This document shows positions 18,039 through 27,317 of a stretch of 37,487 nt of DNA, in pieces (positions within the stretch are counted from its first letter, which is position 1; each line of letters opens with the position of its first letter). Source of the DNA: a virus; the UHGV virus genome UHGV-0100454; one strand, given 5' to 3'. A program made the position numbers and the translations under genes. The notes beneath the pieces were generated by a model. That model was given only the letters and a program-made list of their open reading frames with translations, made no database searches and was not told the DNA's origin.

Positions 18039-18851
18039 CTATTTTGCTTTAATTACATAAAGCTCTTTTGGTCTTACTAATTTACCACCGTAAACGTGTA
18101 ATCCTTTTACTATGTCTGCAAATCCTTTTTCTTTTCTTGCACGTTCAACTTTGTCAATAGCATTTGCTACTGCCATAGCTTTTTTAGTTCTTATCATTTC
18201 CCAGTCGTTTGTGCCATCGTTATATAAATTGTTTGACATTCTTAAATAACAATTATTATATTTTCCAACTGCTCCTCTTTTAACGTATTCTACGTTGTCT
18301 GTAAATAAAGTTTGTAATTTCTTTCTACAAGCAGTAATATGTTCAGGATTTAAATCTGCTGCTAATTCTGTTTTAGTTGTTACTCCGTTTTTATATAGTT
18401 TAACTAATCCAGCATCTATTGTAGCAAATGGATCAGTTCCTTCAGATATGTCTGTAGATACAGATATCATATCTTTATCAGCACCTTTTGCAAGAGTTCC
18501 AACGAATTTGTCGTAGTCTTCTGCTAATGCTTCTTTTGCTTCATCAAATTGTGTTTCTAAGTATCCAGGAATACTTTGTGCTTTATCTACATCATCTACT
18601 TCAAATGCAAATGCTTTAAATTGATCTATATCTAAATATTGAGAATTATCTCCTAATGATTCGATATCTAAATCTTTTCCTGGTATGTAAGTTTGGATTT
18701 TAGGTCTTACAACACCAACTATTTTTAGCCTTGCTCCTTTCTTAGCTTCTTTGTCATATTTGTAGTCACACCAGTTTGCTAGTAATAAATCTTTCTTTAA
18801 TTCTGTTTGGCAATATTTTGACCAAAACATAGGTTTAAAATTTGCTCCCAT
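18039..18851 (-). CDS. Major capsid protein
   Basis: NFKP.FWS...G..LKI...LDIDQ.KAFAFEVDDVDKAQ...FADIVKGLHVYGGKLVRP, typical of HK97-fold MCPs of this phage group. Confidence 0.9.
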   Translation of the reverse strand: MGANFKPMFWSKYCQTELKKDLLLANWCDYKYDKEAKKGARLKIVGVVRPKIQTYIPGKDLDIESLGDNSQYLDIDQFKAFAFEVDDVDKAQSIPGYLETQFDEAKEALAEDYDKFVGTLAKGADKDMISVSTDISEGTDPFATIDAGLVKLYKNGVTTKTELAADLNPEHITACRKKLQTLFTDNVEYVKRGAVGKYNNCYLRMSNNLYNDGTNDWEMIRTKKAMAVANAIDKVERARKEKGFADIVKGLHVYGGKLVRPKELYVIKAK

Positions 18852-18874
18852 ATTTTATCTTCCTTTCTTAGTTA

Positions 18875-19714
18875 TTACCACTTTGTCATTGACTTTCTAA
18901 TCAGCCCAAGATTTTTCTCTATTTGTTCAGGAGACATGTTGTCAAATTCAGCTTCTGAAATAAACTCCTTATCTGTCTTTGGATTTTTATTAGTCAAGTC
19001 TCCGACTTGTTCAACCTGTGGTTTAGGTTGTAGCTTTCTGTATAATTCATAAGCTTTTTTTGCTGGAACGTTTTCAAGTCCATTTTCAGCGATGAAAGTT
19101 TTATATTTTTCATCTTTTAAAATGTTTTTATCTGCTCCAACGCTTAAAAGTTCTTTTTCACTTTCAAGTTCTTTTCTTTTCTCTGCAAGATTTCTAAAGA
19201 TAAACTTTTCTCTACTAGACATATTGTTGATTCCTATATCAGCTAGCCTGTCCACTTCTTCAACTATATCTTCATATCCAGCAGCTATAATTTCATCGGC
19301 TTCTGCTTTTGCTAATATTTCTTCTTCTCTATCTGATAGATTTCTGTTATATTTAGGGATTTTTACTCCTTGATCTTCATAAAAATCTTCTAATTGTTTA
19401 GCAGCTTCATTCATATCGTTAGTGTTTAATCCAGCACTAATTACATTTTCAAGCTGTGAATACTTTTTCTCGTATTCTTTTCTGACTTTTGTTTCTTGTC
19501 TGTGTAGTTTTTTCTTTAGCAATTCATTTACTCTTGCATTTAATTCTTCTTCTGTATACTTCTTTTCTTCCTCTACAACGTTTTCTTCTTCATTGTTAGA
19601 TTCAGTGGCTTGTTCTTCTCCTTCAACAACTTCTTCTGTGGCTTGTTCTCCCACGTTTTCAGTAGTTTCTTCAACTACTAGGTCTTCATCGTTCATCATT
19701 TCTTCGTTTTCCAT
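18875..19714 (-). CDS. Scaffolding protein
   Basis: Acidic N-terminus, KKYTEEELNARV motif, coiled coil; between portal and MCP. Confidence 0.75.
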   Translation of the reverse strand: MENEEMMNDEDLVVEETTENVGEQATEEVVEGEEQATESNNEEENVVEEEKKYTEEELNARVNELLKKKLHRQETKVRKEYEKKYSQLENVISAGLNTNDMNEAAKQLEDFYEDQGVKIPKYNRNLSDREEEILAKAEADEIIAAGYEDIVEEVDRLADIGINNMSSREKFIFRNLAEKRKELESEKELLSVGADKNILKDEKYKTFIAENGLENVPAKKAYELYRKLQPKPQVEQVGDLTNKNPKTDKEFISEAEFDNMSPEQIEKNLGLIRKSMTKW

Positions 19715-19885
19715 ATTTCTTTCCTCCTATTTTTTCTGCAAGTGTTTGACTTCACTTACCCATACAGTTTTAAGTCTTAAATGCTTGGACTATATAAAAT
19801 AGCAGCTAAGCTTTTCACTTAACTGCTACACATTTATTTCACAACCCTTTAACTATAAGAATAGTTAGTAGCTGTTGAAAACTAA

Positions 19886-21589
19886 TTACATTACTTGTTG
19901 CATGCTTGCTTCACTTAATTGTTGTGCTTGTGCATCTGGATCATTGTTTATAAATTGCATTGCTCTTTGTTTCATTAATTCTGCTTCTGCATTTATTTGT
20001 GCTATCTTTTGTTGTTCTTCTTCCATTTTCTTAATTACTTTTAATATTCTTTGTTTTGGCATTACACTATCATCATCTAATGTTTCTAAGTACATTTTTA
20101 ATTCTGGTAATCTTTGAACACTAAAATAACCTGCTTTTAGCAGGTTTTCTAAACTTTGTTCTTGTGCAAATTTATCAAAGCTTCCCTTTGGCGTTATATC
20201 TACTTTAACATCGGCTTGTAGCTTTTCTAATATACTTCCTTGTACTGGTATTAATTGAGTTTCTGTCTCTCCATTTTGTCCTACTACTTCTTCCTCCATT
20301 AATAAACCATCACTGTTATATGTTTTTATGTGGTCTAATAATATTCTTGCAAAGCATTCTATAAAATATTTTACGGATTCTACTTGTTCTTTTAAAGGCT
20401 GCTGTGCTGCTTGCTGTACTGCTAATATTGCTCGTCCACTCGCATTTTGCAATGTGCTATTCGTTAAACTTCCACTTGCAACATCAGAAGCATTTGCTAA
20501 TTCTCTTGAAACATTTATTAAATCGTTCATTAATAGTTTTACGTCTGGGCTCATTTGTGCTGGAGTTATATTAGTAAATACCTTGTTTACATCTTGAACG
20601 TTGCTGTCTCCATTTACTCGTATTACAGCTCCAACAGTATTTACTTCTTCTGGATTTTCTATTTGATCTACATTTACAACTTTTGTAGCATACGCTGTTA
20701 GTTTTGTTACTAAAGCTCTTCTCATTAGAGTTTTATTTACTTCTAATTGATTAGCAATTAATGGCTCTACTTCCCCTTGTCCTCTTGCACTTCCTTCTTT
20801 TTCTTCCCAAATCAAATGTATTACTGGGTAATATGTCAAACCAGTATCTGTATCTTTTTTAATATCACAATATCTTGTTGCTTTTGCAAAGTGTACTTTT
20901 CCATCTTTTTTATATAATTTTGTTACTATTGTAACCATTTCATCTTTTTCAAGCTTAGCTTCTTCTCCACTTTCTTCTTGATTTTGATTATCTCCCATTA
21001 TGCATTGAATCTTGTCTTCACTTACTCCATATTCCTTTGCTATATCTCTTGCTTCTATTACTGATACTCTTTGTTTTATTAATATATATGGTTGTTCTTC
21101 TATTTCATCATTGTTTTCATTGCCATAATATACATCTACTTTTGATAGTATTTTTATTTTAGGAGTAGCTTTTTTCTTATCATATTCAACATATACTACA
21201 CATTCACCATTAATTGCAGCATTTTTACATATCTTTTGTATTCTTTTATCTATGTTTTCTCTTTCCCATATTTTTGCTGCTTTCTTGTTTAATAATTTAC
21301 AAACATTCTCAGAAGTTGCTTTAAATTCATTGTTTTCAAAGTTTTCACTAGAATAGTTTATAGCCCAATTATTTGATATAACTACACCTACTTTATAACG
21401 CACGATTGGTTTTATATAGTTTAATTCTAGTTTCTCTATTCCTTCAACTATTAATCCTTCGTTTTGATCACCATTAAACATTCTAAAATTTAAATCTGTT
21501 TTATTGAATATGTCTATCATTCTTGCGTAATCTTGCCCTTGTTGAAACAGTGTCCATATATCAGTTTGTTGCAATTCTTCTCTATCCAT
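19886..21589 (-). CDS. Portal protein
   Basis: FNGDQ...NYIKPIV...G.GEVEPLIANQ...ASGRAILAVQQAA; follows terL. Confidence 0.88.
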   Translation of the reverse strand: MDREELQQTDIWTLFQQGQDYARMIDIFNKTDLNFRMFNGDQNEGLIVEGIEKLELNYIKPIVRYKVGVVISNNWAINYSSENFENNEFKATSENVCKLLNKKAAKIWERENIDKRIQKICKNAAINGECVVYVEYDKKKATPKIKILSKVDVYYGNENNDEIEEQPYILIKQRVSVIEARDIAKEYGVSEDKIQCIMGDNQNQEESGEEAKLEKDEMVTIVTKLYKKDGKVHFAKATRYCDIKKDTDTGLTYYPVIHLIWEEKEGSARGQGEVEPLIANQLEVNKTLMRRALVTKLTAYATKVVNVDQIENPEEVNTVGAVIRVNGDSNVQDVNKVFTNITPAQMSPDVKLLMNDLINVSRELANASDVASGSLTNSTLQNASGRAILAVQQAAQQPLKEQVESVKYFIECFARILLDHIKTYNSDGLLMEEEVVGQNGETETQLIPVQGSILEKLQADVKVDITPKGSFDKFAQEQSLENLLKAGYFSVQRLPELKMYLETLDDDSVMPKQRILKVIKKMEEEQQKIAQINAEAELMKQRAMQFINNDPDAQAQQLSEASMQQVM

Positions 21590-21598
21590 GCTTTCCTC

Positions 21599-21856
21599 CT
21601 ATAAATATTTTGTAATCTTCTTTTGTCCATTTGATGTTCCGTCATATCTATCTAAGTTTGAAAACGACTCTTTTGCTTGTAGAGTTCTTAATTCTTCATC
21701 TTTACTATGTTCTTTTCTTTTTTTATTTTCTTTATATGCTTCTACAGGGTTTAATTTTATTCTTCTTGTGTTTGTTAATAATAATCCAAACAAAAGCATA
21801 AAAAAATTAGACACTTGAATGCCTAAAATAATTAATACTATTTCACTTACTTTCAT
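21599..21856 (-). CDS. Small membrane protein between terL and portal
   Basis: N-terminal TM and C-terminal NLDRYDGTSNGQKKI. Confidence 0.7.
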   Translation of the reverse strand: MKVSEIVLIILGIQVSNFFMLLFGLLLTNTRRIKLNPVEAYKENKKRKEHSKDEELRTLQAKESFSNLDRYDGTSNGQKKITKYL

Positions 21857-21865
21857 ATTTCTCTC

Positions 21866-23203
21866 CTATATTGGTTTTATTGTTTCTCCAAAATCTCTTG
21901 ATTTGTCATATTGTCTTATTGGTTTACTTTGTTCCTTTTGTCCTGGTAATGTCTTCGATACACAGAAGTATCTCAACGCGTCTGTTATATGTGTTAATTC
22001 GTGTGGCTCTGTTGCAACGTCGTTTGGATTTTTATCATCATGTTGTAACTGTGGTAAACATCTTATAAGATTTTTACACTTGCTAAATATTCTTAATTTT
22101 GCTGTTTTTATTGTTTCTCCTGTTTGTTCATCTTTTATTTCTATTGGCTTAATCCACTCTTTTACTGCTAACCAACCATTTACTCTATCAGAACTACATT
22201 TTGTCAATCTTACTCCATTTTCTGCAAAGATATCGTATGCACTTTTACCTGTGTCTTGTCTTCTATTCCAAAGATCAGGTGGTGCAAATATCCTTTTAGC
22301 TCTTTTAAATAGATCATGATGTCTTAGTTTCTTTGCAGCTTCACTTATTAGTAAATTACTTTCATGTATTTCATCTATTGCGTATGCATTATATCCTGGA
22401 TCTATAGCTACAAATAATGGTGCAAACATATCTAATCCATAGTCCAAAGATATATATATGGTCCAATTATTTGGTATTTCAAAAGGTTCTTCTATAACAT
22501 GAATGTCACGTTTAAATTCTCTAAAGAACATTCCATCGTAAATATCCCAGTCACCGTCTAGTAAAGCTTGTCTTTCTTTTTCTGGAAGAGAAAGAAGTCT
22601 TTTTCTATAATTAGGGTCTGATTCCATTAAGAATTTATTATCTTTTAGTTTTGCTGGTATAAATAATCTAGTTCCTTCTTCGTCTTGATATTCTTTTGTT
22701 CCATTATCAATAAATCTTTCTTTAAAAAATGTATGACCTACTCCTCCAGGGTTTGTAGTGCTTTTAATTTGTTTTGGGAAGCTATTTACCCCTCTGTTTC
22801 TACTTTTTAAATATATGTACATAAACTCTGTAAAGTGTGTAGCTTCGTCAAATCTTATAATGTCATATTCCGCTGATTGATACTTGTATACATCTTTTTC
22901 ATTATCACAATATCCAAACTCTACAATGCTTCCGTTTTTAAAAGTCCATTTCTTTTTACTGTCATTATACTTAGCTACTTCTTTAGGATATGTTGCTAAT
23001 GTACCTCTTATAAACGACTTTTCTAATTCGCCAAATGTTCTTCTTAGTACTAGTTGTTTAATTCCTGGATAATCACAAGCATATAAAAAAGCATCTAATA
23101 TTTGCCCATGTGTTTTTCCCCCTCCTGCTGCTCCACCAAACAGTACTTCATCTTCTTTAGCATTATAAAATCTCCATTGTAATTCTGTAAGTTCTATGTC
23201 CAT
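21866..23203 (-). CDS. terL: Terminase large subunit
   Basis: Walker A GGAAGGGKT, Walker B IIRFDEATHF, TTNPGGVGH, nuclease DYG...HITDALRY. Confidence 0.95.
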   Translation of the reverse strand: MDIELTELQWRFYNAKEDEVLFGGAAGGGKTHGQILDAFLYACDYPGIKQLVLRRTFGELEKSFIRGTLATYPKEVAKYNDSKKKWTFKNGSIVEFGYCDNEKDVYKYQSAEYDIIRFDEATHFTEFMYIYLKSRNRGVNSFPKQIKSTTNPGGVGHTFFKERFIDNGTKEYQDEEGTRLFIPAKLKDNKFLMESDPNYRKRLLSLPEKERQALLDGDWDIYDGMFFREFKRDIHVIEEPFEIPNNWTIYISLDYGLDMFAPLFVAIDPGYNAYAIDEIHESNLLISEAAKKLRHHDLFKRAKRIFAPPDLWNRRQDTGKSAYDIFAENGVRLTKCSSDRVNGWLAVKEWIKPIEIKDEQTGETIKTAKLRIFSKCKNLIRCLPQLQHDDKNPNDVATEPHELTHITDALRYFCVSKTLPGQKEQSKPIRQYDKSRDFGETIKPI

Positions 23204-23204
23204 A

Positions 23205-23735
23205 TTACTTTACAACCTTCACATTTATTTCAAAATTATTATTTTCCTTTCCATCTTTATTATTATTGTTTAATATGTCATTTAGGTCCTTTAATGCAGA
23301 AGCTAGTTGTTTTAGTCCTTGTTTATCTACTATTCCTTCTCCAATTTCTATATCTTCTTCCTCTTTTATTTCCTCTTTAGAAGGCTTTTGGGCCCAAATA
23401 TCATATTCTACTTTTTTGGTCTTTTTTTTGGTCTTTATTATGTACTTTTCTAGTTGTGAGTTAGCTTTGATTATATTAAGAGCTAAATCTGTTGCAATTG
23501 CTTTTATATCTACTATTTTTTGAGCTTCTTTTTCACTTTCTTTCTCTATAACTTTTTCTACAATTTTAGTACTCTTTTTGTCCTCTTTTAGTACTTTTTT
23601 ACTTTTCCACCCTTTTGTCCTGCTTTTGGTACTTCCGTTTTGTTTTATCCCTTTATCTTTTAGAAAGCTACTTACTGATTTAAAGTCACTTAATATATAC
23701 TCTTTTTCTAACTGCTTCCAGTCATACTTTGCCAC
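23205..23735 (-). CDS. terS: Terminase small subunit
   Basis: MAKYDWKQLEKEYI HTH-like N-terminus; directly upstream of terL; GTG start. Confidence 0.75.
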   Translation of the reverse strand: MAKYDWKQLEKEYILSDFKSVSSFLKDKGIKQNGSTKSRTKGWKSKKVLKEDKKSTKIVEKVIEKESEKEAQKIVDIKAIATDLALNIIKANSQLEKYIIKTKKKTKKVEYDIWAQKPSKEEIKEEEDIEIGEGIVDKQGLKQLASALKDLNDILNNNNKDGKENNNFEINVKVVK

Positions 23736-23841
23736 TCACCTCACCTACTTTATTAGTCCTTTTTTTCTTCTTACTAGGAAAGCATTTCTCATAATTTCTG
23801 CATCCATGGCAGAACTTTCTCATACATTTATCAATATTCAT
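23722..23841 (-). CDS. Small Cys-containing hypothetical protein (39 aa)
   Basis: MNIDKCMRKFCHGCRNYEKCFPS...; packed between its neighbours. Confidence 0.5.
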   Translation of the reverse strand: MNIDKCMRKFCHGCRNYEKCFPSKKKKRTNKVGEVSGKV

Positions 23842-23842
23842 A

Positions 23843-24052
23843 TTAATATTCTTGTGTAAAGCCCATTAATGGTTTCTTTTGTTTTGCTATTCTTGACTTT
23901 GGCTTTTTATACCCTTTTATTTTATTTTCGTCTCTTTTATAATCTGTGCATTTTGCTATTATCATGTTGTCTAGTTTTATTAGTGTTATTCCTTTTTCAC
24001 ATACTTTACTTTTACATGTTTCACACATATATTTTTGAAAACTATTTATCAT
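23843..24052 (-). CDS. Small Cys-rich hypothetical protein (69 aa)
   Basis: ATG 24052 after GAGGTG; CETC...C...C. Confidence 0.65.
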   Translation of the reverse strand: MINSFQKYMCETCKSKVCEKGITLIKLDNMIIAKCTDYKRDENKIKGYKKPKSRIAKQKKPLMGFTQEY

Positions 24053-24085
24053 AATAGCCACCTCTTTTGTTTTTAATAAAACAAT

Positions 24086-24203
24086 ATGTAATGATATAGG
24101 TAGGACTTGCACCTACGACATTCGACATATAGCTTGAATATTGCCTCTGTCCGTACCAGGTTTCACGCCAGTGCTCTGCTTCTGAGTTACTATATCACTA
24201 CAT
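24086..24203 (-). ncRNA. tRNA-like structured RNA with an atypical, enlarged central region
   Basis: GATATAG/CTATATC acceptor stem (extendable to 14 bp), TA, D-like arm CTC-AGAAGCA-GAG, T-arm GTAGG-TGCAAGT-CCTAC; no encoded CCA. Confidence 0.55.
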
Positions 24204-24459
24204 ACTATTTTATTTAGAAAATAGGAGTTATGCTTCTAAAAACACAACTCCGCAAAAGAATATTCTTTTTTTACAATGTGAGAACTTAACTAGAATATTC
24301 TCTTGTACTTTGTAAATATGAAAGGAGGTTCTATCAATAGAACTTTATATTAACTTATCTAGTATCGTTAATTGTAATAAAAAAAGAACTAGATACTTCT
24401 AGTCCTTATTTGTAGCTTTGGGCATGTCTTTTCAAACAACTACTCTTTTACTTGATACA

Positions 24460-24491
24460 ATTTTATCATTTTTAAAACGCACAAAACGCAC
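24460..24491 (-). promoter_or_regulatory. Putative activator-dependent late promoter
   Basis: Tandem AAAACGCAC x2 (24474-24491) in place of a -35, plus extended -10 TGATAAAAT. Confidence 0.6.
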
Positions 24492-24530
24492 ATTTTATAT
24501 ATTTTTTTACTTTCACTTTTTTACAATACA

Positions 24531-24573
24531 ATTATAACACGGTTTTTTATAAAAAAAAGGGCAAAAAAAGGGC
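24531..24573 (-). promoter_or_regulatory. Second activator-type promoter
   Basis: Tandem AAAAAAAGGGC x2 (24552-24573) plus extended -10 TGTTATAAT. Confidence 0.55.
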
Positions 24574-24576
24574 AAT

Positions 24577-25044
24577 TTATTTTTTATACTTTTCTAAAAT
24601 TGGTTTAAAGTATTTTTCTTCAGCAACTTTACGAGCTTTAATTGCATCTTTTTTATTTGTAAAGGCTTTATTTAATACTAATTTTTTCTGGAAAGACAAA
24701 GTTGCTATCCATTTATTTTTTGAAGAACACCAGTGAACTCCGCGAACACCACTTTTATTATTAGAGTTTGCTTTTTGTTTTGATATTATATCAATATTAG
24801 TGTTATCTTTAAATTGCCTGTCGTGTAAATTTTTCATAGAGTATTTTTGTCTTTCTTTTTGATAACATCCGCAACTAACTGCTAAGCCATTAACAAGTCT
24901 TTTTGAACTTATTTCAACAATATTGCCACAATCACATTTACATTGCCAAACAATCGAACCACCATCAGCACGATTATTGGTTTCTTTTAAAACAAGTAAT
25001 TTTCCAATTTTTTTACCATTTAAATCATTCTTATTATATTTCAT
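24577..25044 (-). CDS. AP2-domain DNA-binding protein
   Basis: DLNGKKIGKL...WQCKCDCG...SCGC and NNKSGVRGV.W...KWIA...DAIKARKVAEEKYF. Confidence 0.85.
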   Translation of the reverse strand: MKYNKNDLNGKKIGKLLVLKETNNRADGGSIVWQCKCDCGNIVEISSKRLVNGLAVSCGCYQKERQKYSMKNLHDRQFKDNTNIDIISKQKANSNNKSGVRGVHWCSSKNKWIATLSFQKKLVLNKAFTNKKDAIKARKVAEEKYFKPILEKYKK

Positions 25045-25055
25045 AATTTACTCCA

Positions 25056-25250
25056 TTATTGAATAGATATTGTATTAATATATTTTCCTGCTGAAAATCC
25101 GTCTAGTCTTTGTTCTAAATCTAATTCGTTACATTCATATATTTCAACTCTTTTAGAATCTCCTGCCTCTTTTTTTATCGATTTGCTAGTAATATATTTT
25201 GTGTGAGTTATCTCTGTTCCATTATCATACACATAAACTAATTTTTTCAT
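25056..25250 (-). CDS. Hypothetical protein (64 aa)
   Basis: ATG 25250 after AAGGAG; own promoter upstream. Confidence 0.7.
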   Translation of the reverse strand: MKKLVYVYDNGTEITHTKYITSKSIKKEAGDSKRVEIYECNELDLEQRLDGFSAGKYINTISIQ

Positions 25251-25313
25251 ATTTTTTCTCCTTTTATGAGTGCTAGTCATTTGATCTAGTCTTATCTCTC
25301 TTAACTTGATTAT

Positions 25314-25351
25314 ATTTTATCATACTCGTACGAGTATGTCAATACTTTTTT
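25314..25351 (-). promoter_or_regulatory. Sigma-A promoter with palindromic operator
   Basis: TTGACA-17-TAAAAT; perfect 18-bp palindrome CATACTCGTACGAGTATG (25321-25338). Confidence 0.8.
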
Positions 25352-25523
25352 ATGATTTTTTTAAATATTTTTTTGCATTTTCTGTAATCCAGCTGGCAAT
25401 AGACTTTCCTTCATTTTTTAATTTTTCTTTTAACTCTTCTCCAAGCTCTTTATCTATATCCCCCAAAATTCTTGTATATTTATTTTTAGACCACTTGTAT
25501 TCTTTCTTTATATCTCTAGACAT
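25350..25523 (-). CDS. Ribbon-helix-helix-like small repressor (57 aa)
   Basis: KYTRILGDIDKELGEELKEKLKNEGKSIASWITENAKKYL; ATG 25523 after AAGGAG. Confidence 0.7.
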   Translation of the reverse strand: MSRDIKKEYKWSKNKYTRILGDIDKELGEELKEKLKNEGKSIASWITENAKKYLKKS

Positions 25524-25545
25524 ACCATCAACTCCTTGCTTTTTT

Positions 25546-25583
25546 ATTATATCTTTCTCGTACGAGTATGTCAATACTTTTTT
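25546..25583 (-). promoter_or_regulatory. Consensus sigma-A promoter with the same operator core
   Basis: TTGACA-17-TATAAT; 27-bp direct repeat of 25325-25351. Confidence 0.85.
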
Positions 25584-25621
25584 TAAATTATTTTAAAATT
25601 TTTAAAAAGACTTACAACCTT

Positions 25622-26056
25622 TTATGGCTGTAAGTCTTTCAAAAATCTTTCAAGTTTCATTCTAGCTTTGCTTTCTGAATTATAGTTCATCTTAAACATA
25701 ATTTGTATCCAATTTAAATTTTCTTCGTATTTATGTCTTATTATTCTTCTTATTTCACTGTCTTCTATATTGTTTAGTTCGTATTCTAGATTAGTTATTA
25801 ATTTCATTAGCTTAAACTCTTTATTCTTTATCTGTTTTTTATATTTATTTCTACTTTTTTTATTTGCAATTATCTTTTTATTGTCTAATCCTTCGATTAC
25901 ACAATTGTGTTGTATGTATGGATAACTAGCACTGCTTCCCTTTACACTGTCTACTACTATCTTCGCAGGTTTATTATTAATATTGTCTATTTTTTCTCTT
26001 AATTCTTCTATTTCTTTTCTAGTAGAATTTATTTGACTTAATAATTCTTTATCCAT
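25622..26056 (-). CDS. Late transcriptional activator (RinA/ArpU-like)
   Basis: Coiled coil plus IEDSEIRRIIRHKYEENLNWIQI...ESKARMKLERFL HTH; last gene of the early operon, overlapping a terminator hairpin (~25606-25639). Confidence 0.7.
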   Translation of the reverse strand: MDKELLSQINSTRKEIEELREKIDNINNKPAKIVVDSVKGSSASYPYIQHNCVIEGLDNKKIIANKKSRNKYKKQIKNKEFKLMKLITNLEYELNNIEDSEIRRIIRHKYEENLNWIQIMFKMNYNSESKARMKLERFLKDLQP

Positions 26057-26070
26057 AATTCCTCCTTCGT

Positions 26071-26238
26071 TTATAAATGCAACCCTGCATTTATTTTTCT
26101 ATCTCTTATTTGTTTAGTTGTAAATCCTAAATCCCAATATTGAAAACATTCTCTTCTTCCGTATTCATCTTCATATAGTACATGATTAGGATATTCTTTT
26201 ACTTTTTTCATACCTTTAAAATTCTCTGGTACTTCCAT
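26071..26238 (-). CDS. Hypothetical protein (55 aa)
   Basis: GGAGG RBS; MEVPENFKGMKKVKEYPNHVLYEDEYGRRECFQYWDLG... Confidence 0.7.
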   Translation of the reverse strand: MEVPENFKGMKKVKEYPNHVLYEDEYGRRECFQYWDLGFTTKQIRDRKINAGLHL

Positions 26239-26252
26239 TATCTTTTGTCCTC

Positions 26253-26474
26253 CTAATTTTTCATTTTTATAAATGCTTCATTAAATTCATTGTATCTTGC
26301 TTTATAATAATCTCTTTGTTGTGTTATGTCTTCATTCTCTTTTTGTAGTTTTTCTATTAAATTTAATAACAATTCTGCATTTTTACTATCACTAGACATT
26401 ATATATTTTGTTGTCCAACTATTATTTTTTATATCTTCTAATAATTCAATAGCTTTCTTTTCTTCTTCGTTCAT
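26253..26474 (-). CDS. Hypothetical protein
   Basis: ORF with RBS in the early operon. Confidence 0.7.
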   Translation of the reverse strand: MNEEEKKAIELLEDIKNNSWTTKYIMSSDSKNAELLLNLIEKLQKENEDITQQRDYYKARYNEFNEAFIKMKN

Positions 26475-26475
26475 A

Positions 26476-26973
26476 TTATTTCTCCTTTTCTAATAATTCT
26501 TGTAAAACTTTTATCTGCTCTAATAAATCACTGCCACCCCAATAGCCTTTATCATCTGTCAGCTCTTCTACTTTCTTTTTTAATTCTTCTATCTTGTCTT
26601 TTATTTTTTGAATTGGAATACTATTATTTACATATTCATCTAATTCATCTCTTATAATACATTTTTTACAATTTTCTTTTACTTCTTTATTCTCTTTTCT
26701 TAATTCTTTATTCTGCTGTAGTAAATCAAGTCTATTTGCATTTATTAAATCTAATTCATTTCGTAATATATGTGTATCTTTATCCCATTTTTCTTTTAAA
26801 TATTCATTCTCTTTTAATACTCTTTTATAATCTGATAAAATATGTTCTATTGCTTCATTTTCTATACTTATTTCTTTCTCGATTGAAGTATGAAAATTAA
26901 TATTTTTATAAGGTTCTCAATCATTTATCTTTTTCTCTAATATTTTGATATCTTCTTCTATACTATTTTCCAC
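26476..26973 (-). pseudogene. Coiled-coil hypothetical gene interrupted by one in-frame TGA
   Basis: GGAGG plus GTG 26973; 166-codon frame with TGA at codon 19 (26917-26919). Confidence 0.7.
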
Positions 26974-26987
26974 TATCTATCCTCCTA

Positions 26988-27317
26988 TTATTTATATTGT
27001 TGCCAATATTTTGCACTCGCATATAATTGTCTTTTCATTTTTCTCCTTGGAAAAAAGCCATAAATAATACCACTTCCATTTTCTAAAATATATATTCTAC
27101 TTCCGCCTATACATTCATTAGCTTCCCAATGATTAGTGTACAGATTTTTAATATATTCTTTTATTGAAAATCTTTCTTGCCACCAAAAACAAGCTTTGTG
27201 ATATTTTATTTCATATACTTTCTCATTATATTTTATTTTTAAAAATCTCGTTTTGGGTAAATGGTTATTTGTAAATCTTTTTATTCTTTCGTTTAAACTT
27301 AATTTATTTTCTTTCAC
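26988..27317 (-). CDS. Hypothetical protein
   Basis: GTG start after GGAGG. Confidence 0.7.
   Translation of the reverse strand: MKENKLSLNERIKRFTNNHLPKTRFLKIKYNEKVYEIKYHKACFWWQERFSIKEYIKNLYTNHWEANECIGGSRIYILENGSGIIYGFFPRRKMKRQLYASAKYWQQYK

Noticed and set aside
25321..25583. CRISPR mini-array or IS ends
   Set aside because: Only two copies, 232 bp apart, each coinciding with a promoter; no cas or transposase genes.
26917..26919. Genetic code 4/25 (TGA recoded)
   Set aside because: TGA terminates several genes with ATGA/GTGA overlaps (e.g. 3072, 30050, 35856) and long ORFs contain no internal TGA.
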